In this document: positions 10,082 to 21,726 of the stretch, piece by piece
How positions within the stretch are numbered: position 1 is the first letter of the stretch
Layout: the number at the start of each line of letters is the position of its first letter
Origin: Eledone cirrhosa
Lineage: Eukaryota
Direction: 5' to 3'
Assembly: GCA_964016885.1 (NCBI GenBank)
Contig: OZ024741.1
Location: 360,654,001-360,718,000 of the forward strand
DNA length: 64,000 nt
The notes under the pieces: model-generated
What the model saw: the letters and a program-made list of their open reading frames with translations, nothing else
The model's database searches: none
What the model was told of the DNA's origin: nothing
Program-made: the position numbers and the translations under genes

Positions 10082-12680
10082 CATCATCATCATCATCATC
10101 ATCGTTTAACTTCCGTTTGGATGGGAGATTTCCCACTTGAGGCAAGAGTGATTGTCTTGCTCGCATAGGACTGTCTGGCGGGTTTTCTACGGCTGGATGC
10201 CCTTCCTAACACCAACCACATTTACAGTGTGGAACTGGGAGGTTTTTACCGTGTTACCTACATGGCCACATTACAGCGTGGACTGTGTGTTTTTTTGTCA
10301 TGACACCTACACGACCTCATTTGTTTCGGCCTGGATGTTGTGGTACCAACATAACTTTACATTGAAAGGGGTGGTGTGGATGGGGTGGGGGGGGGGGGGG
10401 TGTATTTTGTTAGAGATGCCTACTAACTGTAGTAGGTTTTACTTTGCATTTAGGTAAGTCGGGTCTTCTCTATTACTGAGTGCCGCCAAAGATCTCGGTC
10501 CAGTAACATTGTCTTGGAGAGGTGTAAGTGTGTGAGGTCGGAATTTATCAAGTCATCCCAGGTTTTTCTAGGTCTGCATACTCCGTGGCTACTGTCTATT
10601 TTTATTGCCCTGCACTTTTTTATACAGCTGTCGTCTTTCATGCGCATCACGTGACCATACCAACGTAGCCTTCTCTCGAGTAAACAACATCTGATCCCTC
10701 TTATTTCTAATTTTTCCCTTAGTTCGTTAATGCTTTGCCGTTCACGTATATTACTATTACACATCCAGCGGAGCGTGCAAGCTTCGTTCCTCTCTAGTCT
10801 GCGTATATCCTCTGCACTCAATGCCCAGGTCTCACTGCCATGTAACATTGCTGTTCGTATGCAGGCATCATACAGCCTGCCTTTCATTTTTAGGGAGAAC
10901 CCTTTAGCGGCTAATAGAGGTATAAGCTCTCTGAACTTTTTCCATCCAGTTCTGACTCTAGCTACTGTACTTTCAGAGCACCCTCCAACACTGCTGATTT
11001 TGTCACCCAGGTAACGGAAGCTGTCTACTATTTCTATAGAACCCTCTGCGCAATTGAAAGAGCTAGTATTTTGTGCTACTTATTGCACCAGAGCACCGGC
11101 CACATGTAAAATCTATGTTCTTAGTTAGCTTACCTGTGATCCCACTACATCTTTTATGCACCCATACTTTGCATTTGGGACATAAAATGGAGTTTCTACC
11201 TACGCCTTTCCTACACACTGAGCATGGCCATCTCCCGGATGGGACCGGCGCCCTATTTTCCTTCCTACAAACTACAACTTTAGTCTTAGCCAGGTTAATT
11301 TTAAGGCCTTTTGATTCTAGGCCGTGCTTCCATGTTTGTAATTTCTTCTCTAGTTCGGTCATTGATTCAGCTATGAGCGTTAGATCATCTGCGTATAGGA
11401 GTTCCCATGGGCAGCCGGTCTTGAACTCCACTGTTATAGCCTGAAGGGCAATAATAAATAGTCGGGGGCTAAGAACGGAGCCCTGATGAACACCAACTTT
11501 TACGCTAAACTCTTCACTATATTCGTTGTTAATTCTAACCTTGCTGACTGTTTCTTTATACATGGCTTGTATAGCTCTCACAAGCCATTCGTCAACACCT
11601 AGTTTTCTAAGAGCCCACCAGATAATGGAACGGGGGACTCTGTCGAAGGCTTTCTCCAAGTCAACAAAAGCTAAGTATAGGGGTTTACTTTTAGCTAGGT
11701 ACTTCTCCTGTAGTTGTCGTACAATGAAAAGAGCGTCTGTGGTACTTTTGCCTGACACAAACCCTAACTGCATTTCATCTAGATCAATTCTCTCTCTGAT
11801 TATTTGCGCTATTACTTTTTCCGTGACCTTCATGACCTGGTCGATTAATTTAATGCCTCTATAGTTACTCCTATCTAGGGCATCTCCTTTACCCTTGTAA
11901 CAGTTAATGATGATGCTGCTACGCCAGTCCTTCGGAACAAACCCATTCTGTATGACTTGGTTTACTATCCGGGTGACCATGGTGTGTCCCACCGTTCCAG
12001 AGGCTTTCAGTTGTAGAACATGCTTGAACTTTCTTTCCTCTACTTCCCTTCTTGCGAAGTACACTTGTCTCCTAGCTTCCCTCCTGGCCACTTGATAGTC
12101 TTCTCTACTTCCCCCATCCCGCCATACTTTCCAAGCCTGCTTTTTGGCCTTAATTGACTCCTCCACCTTACTGTTCCACCACCATGTTACTCTCCTCCTG
12201 CCTATAGGCCTGCTCCAGCCACAGACTTCGTCTGCCGCCATCAGCAGGTTTGCTTTCAGGAATTCCCACTGTTCCTCTATATTGTACGACTCTAAATGCT
12301 GTTCCTTACTGTCGAAAGCATCAAGTAATATGCTTTTAAATTTATTTCTGGCTGTGGGGTCCTTTAGCTTCCATATTTTTCTCCTGAGGATAGTCCTCTT
12401 CTGCTGTCTAGTACGTCTCGTCCTGACTATGAGGTCGCTAATTATCAGTCTATGTTGGGAGGTGCATTCTTCATGGGGGAGGGATTTAGTGTTTACAACA
12501 GACACTCTGTCACGTCTTCTGGTAAGGATATAATCTACCTGGCTGGTATGTACCCCTGATCTGTAGGTGATCAAGTGATTGTCTCGTTTTTTGAAGTTAG
12601 TGTTCAGATAGGTTATTTGTTAGGTTATTTGTGTCACAGAATTCCAGGATTCTGGAGTCTTCCTCGTTTCTAGTACCACA
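10081..12680 (-). mobile_element. RTE LINE family A, from APE C-terminus to tail, with internal deletion at ~12010
   Basis: [44 protein letters not shown]. Confidence 0.95.
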
Positions 12681-12684
12681 TACA

Positions 12685-12720
<36 letters not shown>

Positions 12721-12733
12721 CATATATACACAC

Positions 12734-12816
<83 letters not shown>

Positions 12817-12850
12817 TACACACATATATATATATATATATATACATATA

Positions 12851-14215
12851 TGGGGTCCACCAGGGATCTGTTCTTAGCCCTCTCCTGTTCATCATAGTCC
12901 TGCAGGCAATAACGGAGGAGTTTAAGACCGGATGCCCATGGGAACTCCTGTATGCTGATGACCTCGCACTCATAGCTGAATCTATGGTAGAACTAGAGAA
13001 TAAATTCCAAACCTGGAAGCAGGGACTAGAGAGAAAGGGCCTCAAAGTCAACATGACAAAGACTAAGGTCCTTATAAGTAGACGAGAAAACAGAACCCAG
13101 ATCCCCTCAGGGAAATGGCCTTGCTCAGTATGTAGGAAAGGTGTAGGTAGGAACTCCATTCTTTGCCCCAAATGCAAACAATGGGTACACAAGAGATGTA
13201 GCGGGATCTCAGGAAGCTTAATTAAGAATGTAGGATTCACATGCAGCAGCTGTGCTGAAACAGCAAGCAAACAGCCACAGGAAACAAGTACCACCAATCT
13301 CTGGGAGGGCCCTGTAGAAACAGTAGACAGCTTCTGCTACCTAGGTGACCGAATTAGCAACGGAGGTGGGTGCTCAGAAAGTACAATAACTAGGGTAAGA
13401 ACGGGATGGAAGAAGTTTAGGGAACTACTACCACTGCTAGCTGCAAAAGGCTTCTCCCTCAGAATGAAAGGCAGACTGTATGATGCGTGTATCCGAACAG
13501 CGATGTTGCATGGTAGTGAGACCTGGGCGCTGAAGGTGGAAGACTTACGTAGATTAGAGAGAAACGAAGCCTGCATGCTCCGATGGATGTGTAACAGTAA
13601 TATACGTGAACGACAAAGCATAAATGAATTGAGAGAGAGACTGAGCATAAGAGGAATCAAATGCTGCGTGCAGGAGAGGCGGTTACGCTGGTATGGACAT
13701 GTGATGCGTATGAAGGATGACAGCTGCATAAAAAGGTGCAGAGCACTAGAAGTTGATGGAAACCGCGGAGTGGGGAGACCCAAGATGACTTGGGATGAGG
13801 TGATAAAAGCCGACCTTACCCAACTACACCTCTCAAAGTCAATGACACACGACCGTGACTTCTGGCGTCACGCAGTAATACAGGGTACCCGACCTCCCAT
13901 GGGTACATGCTGAAGCATATAAACAATATGCCCCCCCCCCCCCCACCGCAAGGTGGTCGTGGAGGTGCCACGGCAAAAAAGCACCCAGCCCACACTGTAA
14001 AGTGGACGTGTAGGCGCCACGAAAAAGCACCCAGCACTCACTGTAAATGAGGTTGGTGTTAGGAAGGGCATCCAGCTGTAGAAATCAAGCCAGATCAGTT
14101 CCTGTATGAGCAAGGCATGGTCAGCCGACCAGACACTGCCCACAACAGGACAACCCGTCTAACCCATGCTAGCGTGGAAGAACGGACGTAAAACGGTGAT
14201 GATGATGATGATGAT
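12851..14215 (+). mobile_element. RTE LINE family B, 5'-truncated
   Basis: [14 protein letters not shown].. to [10 protein letters not shown]; 3' UTR; (GAT)n. Confidence 0.95.
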
Positions 14216-14241
14216 ATATATATATATACATATATACACAC

Positions 14242-14274
<33 letters not shown>

Positions 14275-14287
14275 CATATATACACAC

Positions 14288-14352
<65 letters not shown>

Positions 14353-14413
14353 CACACACATATATACATATATACACACACATATATATATATATATATA
14401 TACATACATATAT

Positions 14414-14462
<49 letters not shown>

Positions 14463-14495
14463 TACACACACATATATACATATACATACATATAT

Positions 14496-14540
<45 letters not shown>

Positions 14541-14573
14541 TACACACACATATATACATATACATACATATAT

Positions 14574-14614
<41 letters not shown>

Positions 14615-14621
14615 CATATAT

Positions 14622-14680
<59 letters not shown>

Positions 14681-14681
14681 T

Positions 14682-14754
<73 letters not shown>

Positions 14755-14797
14755 CACACACAAATATATATATATATATATTATATATATATATATA
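14216..14797. repeat. (TA)n/CACA array
   Basis: Seen directly. Confidence 0.95.
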
Positions 14798-14849
14798 TGA
14801 GAGACGTAAAATAAGAAAATTATAAAATTAACTTACTTACTAAAATATC

Positions 14850-14930
14850 ACTTCCAACTAATTAGTTTCTGGAATGGAGTAAATATATTTTCCGAAGAAG
14901 ATATGGAGAAACATTCGTCGTCAGGGAAGT
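14850..14930 (-). ncRNA. Type I hammerhead ribozyme motif in a TA-flanked island (probable PLE terminal fragment, 14798-15152)
   Basis: acttcc-CTGACGA-stem II with cTTCGg loop-GAAACTAATTAGTT-ggaagt. Confidence 0.75.
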
Positions 14931-15150
14931 CTATTCTCAGCTAAGTTTCCAGGCAAAACGGGGACTCTGGAAACTTATTAAAAAATAATTCAGTGGATAG
15001 GAAATAGCAAAGCGTGGACTGAATTCCTAGCCATTGAGAAAATCACTGCCTCTGCGTCTGTGGCAAATTCAAAAAGAATCAATCACGTGACATCGAGGTC
15101 AATCAGTGGAAAGTGGTTTGCTAGATATCATATGTTACTAGATATTAATT

Positions 15151-15711
<561 letters not shown>

Positions 15712-15865
15712 TGGTGGCTGCCAACTCGTTTTCGAGTACGGCCACTACTTTATATCCATGTAGGAGAACCCCTACCGATGCGCTGAACGAGTGACTTTTT
15801 AGTCCAGCCAGCGACTTGAAAACTCTGGTACAAACACTACACTTGTGACAATTATTGACACATAG
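15712..15865 (-). mobile_element. Non-LTR (RTE-like) 3' end with C-terminal zinc-finger motif
   Basis: [19 protein letters not shown], then a short 3' region with CTCGAAAACGAG hairpin running into TA. Confidence 0.55.
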
Positions 15866-17024
15866 TGCTTTGCCTTTGGTACCATGTGACGACAAGTGCA
15901 GAGAGATCTCCAGATACAAAGCAATGCCTGTGCCGTGAAGCTTTTATAGTGAGCAAAGGCAATGCACAAAGCCAGTCCCACTCTCTTAACCAAGATGATA
16001 TTTACCAAAAAGAAGAACAAGTCAACATCATTGGATACCATCAGGGTTGCAGGTGTTATATCAGAGTTTTCCTTCTCCTAGAATTCTGCCTTGACAAAGG
16101 CTAAGGGGTCATCTCTCCCAGTGATTTTGGATGGCCATTGACTCTAAAGAGCTCCTTTGCCCTTTGACAGGTTTTGTTTTTAGTCCTGCAGGATGTCCAA
16201 AGTCACCCTCCTAACCAAGAAACCTTGTTTCGAATATTGTTTATCGTGAACTCGTGCGCCGATTTTTCGATACTCGATCTTTCTAATATTTTTAGCTCTG
16301 GACATAGCTATCCACCAGTTAATTTTATTGCTCATTTTTTGTCGATTCTATTGAGTGATGAATAGCTCCTGTTTTATTTTAACATGTCTATTGAGCACTC
16401 TTATTCGATATGTGTATTTCCACATTTCCTCGAATAGTTTTCGCGGATGTAGAGGTTATCTCCCTTGTCGAATTCCATGTGCGTATTTCGCTTGTAGTTA
16501 GCCTCTTATCCACTAGGAAAAGCTCGTTGATGAAGTAAACTCCATTCCGCTTGCTCTAGTAGTCTTATATATTTATATGTGAGCTGATAGAGTACAGTCT
16601 AAGGATTTACAGAAACCCAAGAAGCTAGATTTAACACCTTTCTAGTGGGTCCGGGTATGATTTTACATTCATTTAAATTATTGATGTATTGTTTTATTGA
16701 TATTTTTTATCTGTTTGTCCCGAATCTTCTATGATCGATTTTTTATCGTATGGTTGATTTTAGACTTGTTCTATGTGTGACGGTATTTTAACGATAGTTA
16801 TAGCTCTGATTCATCTGAATTATTGAGCCCTCTGCCGCTCATTTCGAATATTGTTTATCGTGAACTCGTGCGCCGATTTTTCGATACTCGATCTTTCTAA
16901 TATATATATATATATATAGATGAGATTCGAATCTCATCTATATTAAAACCTTTATACTCTGCTATGTATTGAGTACCTTACTTACTGTGGTTACCTCCGA
17001 TTCAACCCGGAAACCCGGAAAACG

Positions 17025-17056
<32 letters not shown>

Positions 17057-17222
17057 TACATACATATATATATACATACATATATATATACATACATATA
17101 TATATTATACATATATACATACATATGTATATATACATATATACATACATATATATATACATATATACATACATATATATATATACACATATATATATAT
17201 ATATATATACGTATATACATAC

Positions 17223-17255
<33 letters not shown>

Positions 17256-17324
17256 CATATATACATACATATATATATACATACATATATATATATATAC
17301 ATACATATATATATATATACATAT

Positions 17325-17355
<31 letters not shown>

Positions 17356-17504
17356 CATATATACATACATATATATATCTATACATATATACATACATAT
17401 ATATATCTATACATATATACATACATATATATATACATATATACATACATATATGTATACATATATACATACATATATATATATATACATATATACATAT
17501 ATAT

Positions 17505-17542
<38 letters not shown>

Positions 17543-18011
17543 ATACATATATATATAACATATATACATACATATATATATACATATATACATACATATA
17601 TACATACATATATATATACATATATACATACATATATATATATATATACATTTACATATATATACATATATACATATACATATATATATATATACATATA
17701 TACATACATATATATATATATATATACATACATATATATATATACATACATATATATATACATATATATATATATACATACATACATATATATACATATA
17801 TATAGTATATATACATATATATATATATATACATACATATATATATATATACATACATATATATATATACACATACATATATATATATACATACATATAT
17901 ATATATACATACATATATATATATATACATACATATATATATATATATACATACTATATATACATACATATATATATACATACATATATATATATATACA
18001 TACATAATATA

Positions 18012-18051
<40 letters not shown>

Positions 18052-18061
18052 CATACATATA

Positions 18062-18102
<41 letters not shown>

Positions 18103-18131
18103 ATACATACATATATATATATATCATACAC

Positions 18132-18164
<33 letters not shown>

Positions 18165-18233
18165 CATACATATATATATATATATACCATATATATATAT
18201 ATACATACATATATATATATACATACATATATA

Positions 18234-18274
<41 letters not shown>

Positions 18275-18331
18275 ATATACATACATATATATATATATAT
18301 ACATACATATATATATATATATACATACATA

Positions 18332-18365
<34 letters not shown>

Positions 18366-18460
18366 CATACATATATATATATATACATACATATATATAT
18401 ATATATACATACATATATATATATATATACATACATATATATATATATATACATACATAT
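17025..18460. repeat. (TA)n(TACA)1-2 array, ~1.4 kb
   Basis: Seen directly. Confidence 0.95.
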
Positions 18461-18802
18461 GGAGGCACATGGCTTAGTGGTTAGAGCATTGGCCTTGCAA
18501 TCGAAAGGTTGTGAGTTCAATTCTCAGACCGGGTGATGTGTTGTTTCCTTGAGCAAGGCACTTTATTTCACATTGCTCCAGTTTACTCAGCTGTAGAAAT
18601 GAGATGATAGGGACTGGGGTCCCTATCATTCCACTGCAAAGTGGTCGTGTAGGTGCCACGGCAAAAAACACCCAGCACTCACTGTAAATGAGGTTGGTGT
18701 TAGGAAGGGCATCCAGCTGTAGAAAATCAAGCCAGAATCAGTTCCCGTCCCACCCTTGCAAGCAGGGAAAAGCGGACGTAAAATGAAATGATGATGAAAT
18801 GA
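18461..18802 (+). mobile_element. tRNA-derived SINE, same family as 8243
   Basis: Near-identical to 8243-8580; TA arrays on both sides. Confidence 0.9.
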
Positions 18803-18858
18803 TATATATACATACATATATATATATATACATACATATATATATTATATATATATAT

Positions 18859-19013
<155 letters not shown>

Positions 19014-19014
19014 C

Positions 19015-19045
<31 letters not shown>

Positions 19046-19569
19046 CATGTATATATATATACATACATATATATATATATACAAATATATATATTGGTAA
19101 ACGGAATAGAAAATGCTGACAAATTGTTCACAGTTGAAAATGGTTTAATTAGGAATAAAAGAGTATTAGTGATTGTATGGGTTAGTATTCAGTTAATGGT
19201 TTTAAGTTTTTAAGTTTTTACCGGTTGCGCATTTCTAATGCTTTTCAAAAATAATTTTGAGATTATACATATATATATATACATATATATATACATATAT
19301 ATATATATACATATATATATATACATATATATATACATTTTTTAAGGTGCTTCTACGGGACCCCAAGTCTTTTAGTTTAATGTTAATGCGTAAATTATAT
19401 ATTATCTAATTTTTAACCTTCAATCCCTGACCCCGACAACTAATATAAAAGAGCCCCCTTAGAAATATAGACCCCAACTATACAAGCCGAGCTGCTGATG
19501 TATACCACAATTTCAAACTGCTAGCCTTGAGTGATACGTTGATGTAGATAATGATCTTACAGTCACATG

Positions 19570-19626
19570 TTATATGCCTTGAAAAGGTCCCACCATGTGG
19601 TCGACGAAACGGCCGTCGACAATAAA
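19570..19626 (+). ncRNA. Minimal hammerhead motif, U3:A8 core variant
   Basis: tgcc-TTGAAAA-ggtc ccac cat gtgg tc gac-GAAAC-GGCC-GTC-gacaataa. Confidence 0.6.
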
Positions 19627-19649
19627 CTTGTTATAATGTCATAATAGTT

Positions 19650-21578
19650 CCTTTGTTACCCGTATAGAAAGCCGAATGATACGCTTAATTACATAAGTAA
19701 GCATTCCAACCATCCTGCCAGCATAACCAAGAACCTGGAAAGAAACGTTTCGTTGAGGCTTTCCCGTCTTTCCACCAACGAGCGCATTTTCAACGACCAT
19801 TCCACTTATTACAATGAAGCTCTTGCTCGAAGTGGATTTGTCAATAAGGTAGCATATACAGAGTACGAAATAGACCTAGAAGAAATAGATCCCATCGCAT
19901 TTGTTGGTTTAACCCACCATATAATATGGAGGTGGCCACACCATTAGCTAAGATCTTTCTTTCCCTTATTACGAAGCATTTTCCCCCCACACATAAATAT
20001 AGTAAAATTTTTAATAGAAAATACTATTAAAATTTCTTACTCTGCGACTCCTAACCTTGCACATAACATCACAGCTTCAAATTTAGCTAAACTACCTAGC
20101 CGTAGGAACACGTGCAACCCTGGAGTTAGTACTAACTGTAATTGTAGGAATCGGGCTGATTGTCCCCTATCCGGGAAATGCCTCTCTAGTAACATTGTCT
20201 ACAAATGTAAGGTTGTAACACCCACGTCCCGTAGGGCCTACATAGGGTTAACCGCCAATAGTTTCAAGCAGCGTCTTTACATGCATACCCATTCTTTTCG
20301 TTACCCTCTCAGAAGGAATATGACGTCACTTTCAGCTTATATCTGAGTCTAAAAGACAACCTCACCCAATATAAGTTACACTGGGAGATCCTAGCTAGGG
20401 CTAGATCGTATAATGGAAATAAAAGACCATGTGACCTCTGCACCGCTGAGCCCTGGAAAATACTCTACGCTACAGACCACATCTTAAACAAAAAATCTGA
20501 GGCAATTCGGCTTGTAAACATAAATTGCACAAAACTTCCTGTATTACAGCCCCACGTTATACCCTAACGGATAGCACGATCTATACGTGGATATTTTACG
20601 TCTTGATGTGGGCGCTAAGTATACGTTTTGTTTATTCCTTTACTTATTTGCATAGGTAAGTATATATTACCCGTATGTTTTGTGAAGGTATGTATACCTT
20701 CTCGTACGTATATTTGACTGTTATAGCGTATAATTTTTACTTATTCTGGTATTTAGGGTTTGGCTATGTGTATACGGGAGTTTTGCATCCGCGTGAGTGT
20801 GCAGGTTCGTACGTATGGTGGGTGTGTGTATATGTGTACTTCTTGTTTTAGTTGACTTATGTCTCCGAACATTCGTGTATTTATATGTAGGTATGCGTGT
20901 GCGCTTGTTATATACGTATTAATTTACTTATATACGTTTATATAATTATTTATTTATTAGTACACAAGCATACACACACACACACATAATTATATGTGCG
21001 TGGTTTTGTATAGCCATGGTAAGGTTTTGCGTATGCTTGTGTATGTACGTATCTGTTTGCGTGTATGTATTTATTTGTTTCTATTACTTCTGTATTGTAT
21101 TTATTTACTTTGTTCTTAACTCTGTAGGCGGAGATTCATTTGGTCTCCTAGTTAGAATTTTAGTCTACAACTTCCGCTATACCATTTACGTGGTTTTGTC
21201 TTTGCGTGCTATTGTTCTCCACGCTCCACATATGACTTATTATCTTCATTTTTTCGTTCATTGCCAGAGAACGTCTCTATGCACCACCTAAGAGAACATT
21301 AGTCTACGACCTTTTTTATACCATAAACGTGGTTTTGTCTTTGCGCGTAATTGTTTTTCACCGCTCCTATAAATGACGTATTATATTCGTTTTTTCCCGT
21401 TCTTTGCCAGCGAACGTTACCACGAACCAAAGTATCGTCTTCCTGTCTTCCTCCGGTTACAACGTTTTTTGGAATATCCAGTTCTGCGTTTACAGATTGA
21501 CTTTGTTAGTTTCAGAAGATCCCGTTAAGGGTGAAAGCAGCGATTCTTTGCTTAAACTTTAATCTGTTATTTTAATAA
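19650..21578 (+). mobile_element. Penelope-like element (Nematis-like), 5'-truncated and frameshifted
   Basis: PYRKPNDTLNYISKHSNHP; CNCRNRADCPLSGKCL..IVYKCKV..YIGLT; ~140-bp tandem duplication 21160-21430 in the 3' UTR. Confidence 0.85.
21493..21566 (+). ncRNA. Hammerhead-like fold with atypical CAGAAGA core at PLE 3' end
   Basis: Stem I cagattga/ttaatctg plus agttt/aaact with 7-nt bulge; stem II ccc/ggg; GAAA; stem III agca/tgct. Confidence 0.55.
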
Positions 21579-21604
21579 ATATATATATACATATATATAT
21601 ATAC

Positions 21605-21679
<75 letters not shown>

Positions 21680-21726
21680 CATATATATACATATATATAT
21701 ATACTTATATATATATATACATATAT

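Noticed and set aside
13958-13990. Resemblance of CGTGG..GCCACG..AAA to the pistol ribozyme 5' half
   Set aside because: The remaining pistol stems and conserved junctions are not evident; kept only as a pseudoknot candidate.
19205-19250. TTGAAAA..GAAATGCGCA hammerhead-like words on the minus strand
   Set aside because: No stem I or II and no NUH cleavage site could be formed.
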